A DNA stretch of 60,953 nt, filler included, from Circinaria calcarea (lineage: Eukaryota): NCBI GenBank assembly GCA_051942165.1. It is 12 parts of 12 records of this genome, joined end to end, with 100 filler letters (N's around TTAATTAATTAA, not from the genome) between each part and the next. Parts side by side here need not be neighbours in the genome. Positions count along the whole stretch, not along the records: positions 10,197 to 15,190 come from JAVECS010002088.1; positions 15,291 to 20,282 come from JAVECS010002089.1; positions 20,383 to 25,374 come from JAVECS010002090.1; 9 more parts are not named here. One strand, written 5' to 3'. Below are positions 10,197 through 21,900 of the stretch, in pieces (the first letter of the stretch is position 1; each line of letters starts with the position of its first letter). Under the pieces are notes generated by a model. That model was not told the origin of the DNA. It was given only the letters and a program-made list of their open reading frames with translations, and ran no database searches. A program made the translations under genes and the position numbers.

Positions 10197-12341
10197 TCTG
10201 TTCGAGAGACTATTTCCATTCAGGTTATTGCACGCCGTCCATGTAAAAGGGATGTATTCAAGATATCTGTCTTTGGCCATGCCCTTCCGGGGAAAGATAT
10301 CCAGTCGGATTTGCTTCAGTTGAGGAAGAAACATATAACCTTCCACAAGTGAGTATTTGACTAACCTATTGTCAGAACCCGAAAAGAGTGGTGAGCGACC
10401 GAAGAAGCAGTCGAACTTCTCCACTGCTTCGGAGAGGATCATTATTAGCTTCTGGACTTTTGGACTCCATGCAGTTGATGGTGTTTCAACTCCCATCGCC
10501 GCTAGACAGTATGCTTCCGCCAAAACGGACGGTCTGTACGTTACTTTTTCTATCCATAGGTATTCTGCCTCGCCCCATCTCCGCTCATTCTGCTGGAGAA
10601 AGGCCTGGCCCATCCGCAAAGCTCCTACCGCCTGCGATTTGAGTATGGCTAGCCATGAGAGGGACATTATCGAAGAAATCGTCAGAACGGCATAACAAGT
10701 GACCTCGTTTAACTTGCTTGATTTTCAGTATCCCTCTGCACATTGGTCATGCAGTGTACGTATCAGTACTTGCGAGAGAATTTTAGGAATCTGGTTGGCA
10801 ACTAAACCATACGGAATATAAACCAGTTTTCCTTCATCCCAAACCTGTAAGAGCCGGACCATTGCCTCAGCTAGAAGCATGCAGGAGTACTCTGGGGATA
10901 GGTTCCATTTGTCTTTAATGGCGCCTTTGTCCCAAGTATTGCACAAGTAAGATGCTGCCTTTGAAATTTGCGCAGAGTAAAGGCTGACATCAGGCGAGTG
11001 TAGTAGAGCAATCAGAATGTTACAATTAGCGCTAAAGCTGGGATTACGTTCCCCCTTATACGTTCGAAAGTGGTTACCTGCTTCGAATTCTCGGATCATG
11101 TGGCTAGGATCCGAAACCTTTCCAAGACCACATAAGGTCAGTATCGTCCTAGCCGTATCATTTGCGTCTGCAATAAAACCGGGAGCAAACCCAACAACAC
11201 CTTGCTGGTTATTTAAGCATAACTCGAGAAAACCGGAAATCATTCGAATATCCTTCGCTTGGAAGCAATCTGTAGCGTATCCGGCTCCAAGGAGGATAGA
11301 CAAGGCCTATTAATAATCCAAGTCAGTAAACGACGAGCATTTCTCTGATAAGGAGCCATACCCAGGTTATTTCAAAGATAGTGAGTGATAGGACAGGCAC
11401 AGGGTACACCTCCTGCCCCCCTGCCTTCGCCGGAAACAATTACCCGCCGAAGGTATTCTTCGGCTTCATCCTGCCAAATCGATGCGTTGATTAAGTATGC
11501 CGCTGTTGAAGATGGCGAGGCTAACATACTACCAGACCATAGCCGATGCGCCACTTTGTCGAAGTTTATCTGTCCTGTGAATGCCTCTAAGGAGTGTATC
11601 AGTGTAGTGGGAGACCTCCCATAGAGCAGAACGGGTTGGAATTTTTCTAATTTTTTGCGGTTTAGCATCATGAGAAACTGCCTTTGGGGGAAACCAAAAC
11701 CAATCCTTCCTCTTCTAATAAACGAAAGAGAGCAGGAACGAAGATCTCAAATCCTACGTGAATGCTAGCCCCGACATCCCACCGCTGCAACTGGTCACGT
11801 AAAGCCGTAGATCCTCGGGATATTCTGGATTCTATGTCTGCAGGCAATGGGCAGTTGACGATGTGTTGCATCCTCAAGTGCCATTTCAATGATAGCAATG
11901 CAGCCATCGTGTTCAAAAGACCATCAACCGGAGAATCATAAGGAGGCCAAGCGCCGTCAGATGTCTGTGCACTCAAGACGAAGTTGAAACACTCTGGGAA
12001 TAACCATTGTGACTCTTCATCGACTGGTTTTGACACCATCGCCAGCCATGCCGTATCGTAAATGGCGGAAGACATGGAGCCAAGACCGTCAGCTTCAGCA
12101 CAGCCATCTGTCAAACCTTTTGGGTATAGCTCCTCGGGCGTACGTTATTCCGCTGCGCCTACACGCACCATAGATAATTTCTCCTGCAACATACAGCAGA
12201 GAGAGCAGAGCAGTCATACACGCAGTTGTAATACAAGTCGTTCTCTCACTCTTCTATCGATGCCACATAGTGACGCCGTAGCTTGACACCATCGGCGAGT
12301 CGTCTGATGAGGTTGTTGGCGGCTTTCCAGCTTGAAGCCAT
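10197..12341 (-). pseudogene. CPS/KS-like (copalyl diphosphate/ent-kaurene synthase family) diterpene cyclase pseudogene, 3' end cut by contig edge
   Basis: Motifs GSMSSAIYDTAW, VGFEI, LIHSLEAF, SPSSTAAYL, ERNPSFSANCN, DKWNLS, LWIEKVTY, YLEYIPFTWT. Lesions: solo LTR 12109-12288, -1 frameshift ~11696-11699, 4-bp duplication 11380-11387, in-frame TGA 10725-10727, DxDD reads DAND. Confidence 0.92.
12109..12288. mobile_element. 180-bp solo LTR inserted in the first exon of the terpene cyclase
   Basis: TGTCAA...TTGACA inverted termini with exact 5-bp TSD CCATC (12104-12108 and 12289-12293). Removal restores MASSWKAANNLIRRLADGCAEADGLGSMS in frame. Confidence 0.9.
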
Positions 12342-14111
12342 GATGATATGGATAAAGATGAACAGTTCAAGGTACGGTCAAAGGCCCTGTTTAAGATCCA
12401 GTTGGTAGAAGAATAAAGAGAGAAAATAGAGGACTAGTAGTACACTAGACTATGGATTTGTATAGCAGTTACCAGAAGAATGGCGCAGCCAGCCTTAAAA
12501 TGAAAAAGAGAAGCGGCTACCGCACATGGTGTTTTCAAAAGGTTATCTACCGACTTATGAGAAGCACAGTAGATTGCGGTGAGGAAACACACTCATTGGG
12601 TAACGATACAGTGACAGGCACTAGTATCAAATGTGGATGTGTAAGCGTCAAAGTCCCTCTTCATATGGTGGGGATTCGGCTGCTCACTTGCATGCCAAAC
12701 CTACATGCCCCCTATGCTGCGCCCGTCCTGCAAAGAACGTAGCAACATTTCATGATATGGTATGCCTCAAAGGATTGCAAAGGTGTCGATCCCGACTCAT
12801 CTGGCCGACAGCAAGGCTACCCTGATCCGCTCTTCTCTCCCGGCCATCAAGTAAAAGAGCGGCGTCAAGATGACTGCACGAAGAAGGGTACCATCTCCCT
12901 GGGCGGTGGTATGTACTTGGAGAGGTAAGACGACAAGACGGTGCGGCCTGTACTTGGCTATCGCCGGTGTCCTTTGCATTTCCGAGTGGGTCGGTAACAC
13001 TGTTGCTCGTGTATCTGGATTGACCTGCATGGACCCTCATCCGGGTCGAGACCATGGCCCCGGTATAGGCTCCCGATTCTGTCACCATCCCAAATCCACC
13101 GTCAGAATAACCGGTAAGCAAGAAGAAGCTCTCCCATATCCGGAACTTGTCCCGCCGTGAACGTGTGGCCTTGCATCGAAGCGAATGGGATCGAGACCCG
13201 CGCATCAGACTCGGTCGATTTGGTGAGTACGAGTGTTCTCCCCGGTAGACAAGCAACCGCCCAATACTTCAAGCAGTGTTGGGGCTTACCACACGTAAGC
13301 CGAGCAGTCTTTTAGCGAACTCTATTGCTCCTACCCAGCTACATGAACATAGTCAAATCAATGAACGTTGAGCCACGAATTCTTGCATGACAATAGCAGA
13401 TCTGGGGGCTAGTGGTGTAAGGCAGCCGGAGAAGAAGAGGAGGTCGGGTAAGCGAGCAGGGCTTCCCGGTCCCTTATGGTAGTGCGATCTGTACTCTGTA
13501 TGCCTGCACTTGGTGGATTTTGCACAAAGTACCCTAAGGGCTTATCGTTTGGGTGTACGGAGCGTTGCAGAAAATCACAGTCTAGATATCGGCTACAAAC
13601 ATCCAATCCCGCCCACAGGCTATCCCTTATGTTTGATTGCCTTAGAGTTCATGCATGCCAACACATATAGGATACTACTCTATACCAACCCCAAACTACT
13701 TTCGACGATTCACACCCTGCTCAGCATCATCACCGGCGCTGTCCTCAATCAGCTTACCACATGACCGCTTCGCTTCCTGCTGATATGGAATCTTGTCTAC
13801 TCAGATACAGAAGAGATTCAAGCCGTCAGACGAACACAAAAGCTCAGTTTCTCATGCTTACCCCAGCCTAACACCTCCCGGTGTGGTCTGGGTCTGAGAG
13901 GTTAGGGTACGGAGAGCATGCTCCCTATTGATAGTGACCTTGCACACTCTTGCTGCGTCAATTACGAGGCTCAGACGTTGTAAGGAAAGTTTACGGCCAT
14001 CGATGCATCCTTCTCCTCAGTCCGCTTTGGAAATCAGCGTTGTGGAATCGAATGGCTAACTCTAAAGCCTCAATTTGACTTCAGTTGGCCAAGTCCGGGC
14101 TTTCGAGGCTT

Positions 14112-15190
14112 ATGGCTCAACCACGGTGGACAGCTGTGCTACAGCACTCGGTGTTGATCTCGACCAGCCTGACCTGGACCGGTGTCTGCTTTGTCACTCT
14201 ACTCCTGTTTACCTACCGTTGGCAACCGAAAGTAAAGGCGCCGTGTGTAGGATATCGCTATGCCTGGGAGCCTACAGCTTGGGTGAAGCTTGGGTGAAGC
14301 TTCGCTTCTTCAAAGGGGCTCATGATATCGTTGCAGAGGGATACAACAAGGCAATGATGCCTGGCCTGACTTCCACTTGTGCTAATTCTCCCCCAGTTCA
14401 AACATAGCATGTTCTGGATTCGTCGCAACGATACCGATATCTTGGTCATTTCGAACAAGTACGTAGATGAGCTCCGAGCATTACCAGGGTCTAAGGCGAG
14501 CCCAATCCAAGGGCACATCAGAGTGTGTGAAACCTCTTCTCTAGTACTTCATATGTTACAACTAATTATGTTCACAGAATTTTCTACGAAAACATTCGAC
14601 GATAGATATCCTTTTGGAGAGTGATTTGCATACTCGAGTTCTTCAAACGAAACTTACACCAAACCTTGGGAAGCTGTTCAACGTTATAAAGGAGGAGCAT
14701 GATCATGCTATGGAAACTGATTGGCCACAAACTACTGGTGAGCTATGCTTCCAACACCAGAACACAGAATTTACAATCAAACTACGAGAGCTAATCGTAT
14801 GTTCATCTAGACTACACGGAATTGGCAGTTTACAACATGATACTTCGTGCGGTAGCCTGGATATCCGCCAAACTCTTTGTGGGACTTCCATTATGTCGAG
14901 ACGAGGAGTGGCTGGCAATCTCGATTCACTATACGGAAAATGTCTTTACTACAGTAATGACCTTGCGCATGTTTCCCAAACTCTTACATCCGGTTATAGT
15001 GTGGTTCCTTCCATCTTCGTATCGGATTCATCAGAATCTTGGACAAGCCAAAAGATTGATTGTGCCGTTAGTTCAAGAGCGTCTTCGATCGCAGTGTGGC
15101 CATAACCCCGGCTACGAAAAGCCAACTGACATGCTCCAATGGATGATGGATGCCGCAAGCAATGACGAGCGGAGCCCGTCGAAGCTTGCG
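14112..15190 (+). pseudogene. Cytochrome P450 of the PaxP/ent-kaurene-oxidase-like terpene-tailoring group, frameshifted, 3' truncated by contig edge
   Basis: APCVGYRYAWEPT, EGYNK|FK, NKYVDELR, ESDLHTRVLQTKLTPNLG, CRDEEWL..SIHYTENVF, KPTDMLQWMMD. Three introns, the first with a GC donor. An 11-bp tandem duplication AGCTTGGGTGA (14276-14297) creates a frameshift and stop. Confidence 0.85.
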
Positions 15191-15352
15191 NNNNNNNNNN
15201 NNNNNNNNNNNNNNNNNNNNNNNNNNNNNNNNNNTTAATTAATTAANNNNNNNNNNNNNNNNNNNNNNNNNNNNNNNNNNNNNNNNNNNNGTACGCCTAG
15301 CCCGCGTACTGCTCAGACCTCTTGGCACAGCCCTGCGGGGTGCGCCATTACA

Positions 15353-15545
15353 AGTGAGTGCTACTACACGATTTATTAATGGAATTATTATTGTATTGAA
15401 AGTTATCTAACTAGCTACGCTGTGTGTGCGATATATATACTCGCTCACTACTACGCTATTCCCTATTGGGTGTTGCCTATAGCAACTCGCTAGTAAGAAG
15501 GAATGCACCGTATTTCAACTATTATTATAATAATATTATTTTAAA
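15353..15545 (+). mobile_element. Dispersed repeat, probable 3' end of a non-LTR retrotransposon (second copy 38688-38875)
   Basis: Both copies share GTGAGTG..ACTACACGA..TCTAACTAGCTACGCT..AGGAATGCACCGTATTTCAACT followed by an AT-rich tail. Many differences are transitions. Confidence 0.6.
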
Positions 15546-15696
15546 TTATTTATTTAATTATATGCGCTGTCGCTGTTATTATAATAATTATTATAATAAG
15601 AACGATAAAAGCTGACGTGCGCAAAGTCGAAAAGAGATTTTGATTTTCTAAAAAAAAAATTCCAAAAAAAAATTTCGAAAAAATTTCGATGTTGCA

Positions 15697-16269
15697 CTAA
15701 CGTCCATTCATGCCACCGTAGATGCCTGCAAGATCTGGATTTAGCGTCCTTGGGGAGCAGATAGCCTCAATACAATTCTTTGCAGAAGGTATTCCCAAGG
15801 GTCCACCGCTGACTATATTTGTCAAGACCTTGCTTTCGTAAGTTATTCGGTTTGGGAATATCCTTGCAGATGTACAATCCGTAGGTATCATTGAGTCTTT
15901 GAGCAGTTGGGTATTTTTACCTGCTGCGTAGAAATCAGCGAAGCATTGCGCGATAGTATTTGCATATATCGGCGAAGCCGAATCGTTAAGATATAAGCCA
16001 ACCGCCGAGAAAGCCTCGGTGAGGTTTGGCGGAAACGCATTCTCATTGATGTAAGATGACTATATTGCGCAAGTGGCCAAGTTGCTAGAAGGGCTGTAGA
16101 ATAGTGATCTTGTATCGTTGCACACCTCTGCGCAGCTAGTCGTTACAACTTCTGTAACCATGGTTGGGGAATCAGTATAAGTAATTTTCTGGCACGGCTG
16201 GACCGTTGAAGGGGGTCCATCGCTTGTGGCCAGCCAATCCTTAGCCAAGGACTCTGGGCAAGTAGCCAT
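15697..16269 (-). pseudogene. Fragment of an uncharacterised fungal membrane-protein gene (C..IC...LNPDLAGI motif)
   Basis: Two ORFs in the same frame separated by TAG at 16060-16062 (probably TGG). The ORF ends just after NPDLAGI, next to repeat DNA. Confidence 0.55.
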
Positions 16270-16444
16270 AGATTGCGCAAAGGGTGGGGCTGCAAGATGT
16301 TGTCAATCGAGACAAGACATAGAAAGAAGAAAGCGCGTGGGGTTTATAATGTCGTAACTTAGCCTTGACATAGCCTTGGCTTGTGAAAACAGGAAGGTAT
16401 CACAGGTAAGACACTGCGCATATATAGAGGACCGCGTTGCTACT

Positions 16445-16850
16445 GCGTGCGCTGTATCGTTTTGGCAGCTTTCCATGCTGCGTGCTGTTTCCATGCTATG
16501 CTGCGTGCTATTTCCATGCTATACTGCATACTATTGCTGCTGCATGCTCCGCGCTCTGTAAACTTTAAGCTGTTGCAGCTCCATGCTGTTGCAGCTCCAC
16601 ACTACGTTTTATCCTACGCTTCATGCTATGCTCTATGCTATATTCTCTGCTATATACTATGCCATGCTCTATGCTGTGCTCCATCTCATGCCTTATGCCA
16701 TGCCTTATACCATGCCTTATACCATGCCTTATGCCATGCCTTATGCCATGCTTTATATTATGCTATATGCTTCGTTTCATGCTATGTTCTATACTATGCC
16801 CTATGCTATATCTTATACTATATCTGATATTATACTCCATGCTCTATATC
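16445..16850. repeat. Low-complexity tandem repeat (ATGCCTTATGCC / CTATG units)
   Basis: 12-bp periodicity that gives HALY/MPYA repeats in spurious ORFs. Confidence 0.85.
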
Positions 16851-16888
16851 AACCTCAAGCCCGTAGTATATAGCTCTGGCCCGAATAA

Positions 16889-17093
16889 TGTCATGCTCTA
16901 CGCTTAGGGGGTGGCGATACATCGCTTAGTTAGCGTCTTGGCGTACAGTGAAAACCGTTCACTCGCACATTTCTTCTCCTTTAATAATCAGTTCTCGAAT
17001 ACAATACGTATAGCCATCGTATTGCTCGTGCCTCATATTATCACATACCTTAGCCTTGGATACTATTCAAGTAAAGTACTCTGCGGCCTCACA
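16889..17093 (+). mobile_element. 205-bp LTR-like element, family B (second copy 38902-39106, minus strand)
   Basis: TGTCA...GGCCTCACA termini. Aligns end to end with the reverse complement of 38902-39106, which has the same length. No TSD seen. Confidence 0.7.
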
Positions 17094-17269
17094 GGGGAGC
17101 CATTACCCTTTATCTTTTTAAGAGAAAAGGGGGAGGGGATGGGATTGTGGCCGTGGAAATGCCGGAGAGTATAAAGAATACTCCGTAGCTTGAATGAATA
17201 TATAATCTTTAACAAATGTCGGATGGGGAGGGAGGGAGGAATTAAATTGGATTTTTTAAGATAGGTCTT

Positions 17270-17617
17270 TGTAAGGGCGCTGCAATCCTTGGGGCCTATT
17301 GAGGAATATGATAAGTCCCGATTGGTGATAGCACGGTTACATAGGGTGTAGTTGAACTGTTGCCCTAGGCTCAATATAAAGGAGTATATTGAACTCGTTA
17401 TGGTTCTATAAGCATGCTACTTCTCAAAGTGGGAATAGCCTGCCTATATAGTGCCCTGAGCACTTTCCTGCTCACTCCGCTCACCATGCTCACCAGAGCA
17501 CCCTGAGCACCTAAAGCACTGCACCGCTCCCCATGCTCACTATGCTCGCTTCTGCCAAGCGATGTGTCCCAGTCCGCTTCAGGCTTAGTTCCGTAGTATG
17601 GCGCCAGCGCCATAACA
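17270..17617 (-). mobile_element. LTR family A copy (diverged, no TSD), 18 bp downstream of the HET gene stop
   Basis: Reverse complement of TGTTATGGCGC...GCGCCCTTACA. Its 3' half closely matches 39462-39818 and 49881-50237. Confidence 0.85.
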
Positions 17618-17635
17618 TATTTAAGGAATAAAGTA

Positions 17636-19827
17636 CTAGATAATAATAATCTCGAAGCGCCCTTCCCCAAGATCGTTGATATAATCATCTGCGTTAATAA
17701 GTTGGGCAACTATAAGGTCCTTTTGAGAGGCCATGAACTCATCTCGTGTTAGACAAAGTGACCAATGCAGTGTACCTATTCGTCGATATGTTCCTCTTTT
17801 AACCGTTACGCGTTCGAGAAGAAGGCCTGCAATTCTGAACTCATGTGGGTCTGGATCCTCGAACACATTAATCTTGCAAAAGTAAGCGCATATAGTGCTG
17901 CCTATTGCAAGCGCCTTTTCATAGGAGGAAGTGTGGTCTAGAAAAGGTTGGAAAATTCTCGAAGGTCTAGTGTCTTTATGAAAGACGCGATGACCTATTC
18001 GAATAGATTTACAGCTGACCCCGCCTTCTTGAGATATTTTCAACTCAATATTATAAATAGGTGCGGCGATGGAAAGCTGTCCTGAAGTAACTGATCCGAA
18101 TTTACCTTGGGGGCCATTGTCAACCCAGGCGTCTAGGACTGCACCGGGTCTTTCCACTAGAACAGAAGGCGGTCTGAAGGTAATTTCTTCCGCTGAACAG
18201 TTGATAAGGTAGCTTATCGATCCTGTAGTGGAAGCCCAAGACCAGCTCGGTGCGATATATTGGGGACAGACGCTATTGCCAGTCGAGCTTTGCCACAAGA
18301 GGCAATCAGGAAAATCAGTCTTCCACAAACCAGCAAGATAATCTGCCTCTGGAACATTTTTTAATAATTGGACAGCTTGTGCAATTCCTGCGATTGCCAC
18401 AAGTTTATCAGTCAGGCGACTCAACCCCGATTTAGTATATCGAGACAAGATCTGCTGCCATTGCGAGGCACTGATCTCGCCGTGGTTATTGCTAGCCAAC
18501 TGAGCCAATGAGCGATATTGCTGCCCACCAATCTCCATAAGAAGCAGATCAGTTGCGGTCAGTGGTCGTCGAGGATCCCAGAATGTTTGGTCGAGGTCAA
18601 AGAGCTTTGTAAGCTTAGTGGAATCTCGACCTTGTGGGAAAGTTTCGCAGGCTCTAACGGCTGCACAATCCCACCAGACTTGGTCCTTCGCGAAGTGAAC
18701 TGTTCGCGGAGCAAGCATTTGCTCCTGGATTACCCAAGCTCGCTTGCTCAAAGGGCTATCCAATACGTATTGGACTGCTAAGGGGACATGCATCAAATAT
18801 TTGCCAGCACGTGGGCCGCTCCACTCAGCATCAACGGTATATGGGCAGGCAGCATCAAGACCATCCGCGAAGAATAGCCCACCGTCTTCATCTGCAGCGG
18901 CAGCGGCAGATATGTTTAGGTCTGAATTTGCATACACCGAGCACATTTTGGGAGCTTCGGCGATCCAGTCCTCATCACCTTCTGAATCCTGGATAATACA
19001 GAGTGCATCGATCCACAAATAGGATAAGCCCAACTTTCCTATAAATATAATAGCATCCAGGAAGGTCTTAGCAATGTCTTCAAGGGGAATAGTGTCACAA
19101 AACTGATCGTAGTTCGATTTCAGAAGTCGCAAATGCTGAGACTTTCCCCAGCAGTGGCTCAATGTGATGTACCGCTCGCCAGGAGGTACAAGTTGGCCGC
19201 TGATCACTTTAACATGACGGGGCTCGTTCTCCTGGAGGCTAATACTCAGCAGTCTGGTAGGGCGAAAGAGTGGTTGTGAAAGCCCTGCAAGTCTAGGAAT
19301 TGCTTTGCACTCAGGGTGGCTGAATGAGCAGACATTGGCCCATTGAAGTATCTCTCTCACTGCCGTGTCTCTGATCCTTTGAGAGAAATCAACGAAAATG
19401 AACGGCTTATCGCCAACGTCTAGTCTTATATGTTATGGACTGCAGTATTAAGGAGAGGAGTCTTACTACCTTCAAGGTGCATTAGGTCTAGATAAGAAAA
19501 CTCCAATTCACCGTCCTTCCATTCGACAGCGTTTTCGTCGGAGAAATGGCAGTGAATTCTAGAAGGTGGGTTGCCGGAGATGCTGACACGGCTTTTAGGA
19601 TATGGCTGACGAATTAGAGGTTTTAATTTTTCAATTGATGACTCCTTGCTACTTTCGAAAAACAGAGAGCAGAGGGGACAGCCTAGTTCCGCAGCAGCAT
19701 GTATCTCAAGGAGATCCCAATGCTCGCTGTCAAACTGTTCTTTAAACCAACGCTGCTCCCCCCTGACGTCATGCTGGATCCAGTGTCCAGTGAAGACTGT
19801 CTCGCATTTGGGACAAAGTGTACGCAT
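17636..19827 (-). CDS. HET (heterokaryon incompatibility) domain protein
   Basis: YITLSHCWG, YLWIDALCIIQD, W..EAPKMCSVYANS, PLSKRAWVIQEQMLAPRTVHF, DKLVAIAGIA, YLAGLW, APSWSWAS. N-terminal exon with LCxxC and GCPLC, intron ~19420-19466. Confidence 0.93.
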
Positions 19828-21284
19828 AATGATGGTATGAAGGTGGAGACGTTGACTTGAAGAAATTGTGATCGCTGGATCAAAGAGCACAGAGCGCAAA
19901 TCGAGCGAGACAACCACACTCAGTGTGGGGACCGATAAACCGATAACGATATCGGATATCGGCTGTTAACCAATCCTGGCCGAGGGAAGAAGCCACGGTC
20001 TCAGGAGCTCGTGCGGCGAGGTTGCAAAGCAGAGAGCTGGCTTCGCGGCCGGCTATCCGGTCCGCACAAGGAGCTTAATTAAAAGGTTTAGAAAAATACT
20101 ATCCCTTAAATTATTGCTCATACGGACAGAACCGTGCACGCTATATTAATAGGGGGGGGGGTCCAGGAATCGTTAACGTGCATTTCACCGCAGAATATAT
20201 ATTATATTTTCACCCAATAATTAAAACTATTTAATATATTATTTTCGCGTTATTTATTATATTATTTTATATTATTTATTATNNNNNNNNNNNNNNNNNN
20301 NNNNNNNNNNNNNNNNNNNNNNNNNNTTAATTAATTAANNNNNNNNNNNNNNNNNNNNNNNNNNNNNNNNNNNNNNNNNNNNGTTGCCGTTTCCCTAAAG
20401 TACCAACGAAGGAGCTAATCGACAGGTCAATCGAGAAGCGGGAAACAGGCAGCTATACGCTGCCTGAAAATTTGGGTAAATTTCCTCTCATTCGATCCAG
20501 CTGTCCCTGCTCCCCCATACTCCTTAGTTGAAAGATGCTTACACGTCTTTCTGCTGTCCGAACCGGAAGGCACCGGGGAAATTTGCCTGCCTCACAGCAT
20601 GACGGTTCTACCTTAACTGTGAAGTTAATACAGTCATCCTCCTTCTTTTGCTGTTGCATAGGCAGTTCGTCTCCAGCGTAGCGAGAAGGCCGACTTCTTC
20701 TGTAGGGCACCCCCCGACGACAGCAGAGACACCTCAACCCCGGGCGATGACCCTCCGGCAGCAGCGGTACCCCTCTAAGACGAAGAAAGGGCTTGAAGAC
20801 GTCTCTTATTGCTTGCCTCCTTGATTTTTAATTCCAGCTGTGCTCATTGGCGCAGCTAGTACTTTGGCAGTGCAAGGCATAGCTGTACAAGGGATATCTT
20901 GGCTAACGCCGTTATGTTAAATGTGATAAAGGACAAGGTATTGCGAACGATTCGACTGTTGTATTATACGCAAGATCTCCGCGATATCTTCAGCGACAAT
21001 AGCCTGTAAGCGTTATGAGCTCCTAATAATAAGCCGAGTAATGAAAAAAAATCTCCAGGATCTCCTATATTCCTGATACGCCAAACCGGAAAACAGAGCA
21101 ACCGGATTCTTCCATTACTATTTAAGCGTAAAGCCGGCTTGAGAGGAGAATAAGAAGGACCAACAGAACTCATCTGTGTGTTAGTAGTTGATGTCTGGAA
21201 GGAATTTTGTGTCAGAGGCGGAGAAAGAGGACGAGGAGCGCCTATCAGGCGTATATCATCGGATGGGAAAGGCGAGTAGAGGGT

Positions 21285-21900
21285 TCATGGTGTGATCACC
21301 GCTTTCTCAATCAAGTCCAGTGTGTTAGCTGAGTGTGCGGCCTCGTATGGTCTAGCGAAGCAGAATTTCGAGAAATAATCTAACACTACATACACAAAAG
21401 TACCTTGTTCCAGAGGCTGCATAGTCTCAACTTCTCCGCAGCATGCTCGTCCGTAAATAATTTGGGGTAAGATTGTTCTATACCGACGATAGGACAATAG
21501 CGAAGTGAAGAGCGAAAGCGTCAGAGCCGTAGAGAGAAATTGCCCTAGCCATTGCAATAGCACGGAAAGTGTTCCATCTGCGCAAGTAGAAACCCATCAA
21601 TCCGCGACACAATCTAGCTATCCGTGCTTTGACATCGATGACATGGAAAACCGCCTTCGCATTTCCGTCTTGCTGCGATTGGTCAGAACTGGCTCATCCA
21701 ATCTATCGCCATCATGTTTAATAATTGAAGTATTACAATTGGCAATATACCGCATAATAGTTTAAGAGGCTCTATGCCCTGACAGTTAAAACAGCCTTTG
21801 CAGTACTCCTTGATATCCCTTGGCCCGTATTGGCCAGTAAAACCGACCGATAGCTGCTCGACAACATGGTATACTGGGCGAAATGTCCATATATACATAA
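21285..21900 (-). mobile_element. Degenerate LTR-retrotransposon (Ty3/gypsy-like) integrase remnant
   Basis: Zinc-binding-like DIKEYCKGCFNCQ..PL...LPI...MMAIDW, followed by core-like YVVLDYFSKFCFA. Interrupted by stops and frameshifts. The rest of this contig has no intact gene. Confidence 0.7.

Noticed and set aside
16447..16907. HALY/MPYA/MPCL-repeat ORFs as possible RiPP or pheromone precursors
   Set aside because: All three frames are open because of 12-bp low-complexity repeats. No signal peptide or Kex2 sites, and related sequence recurs at 4842-4998.
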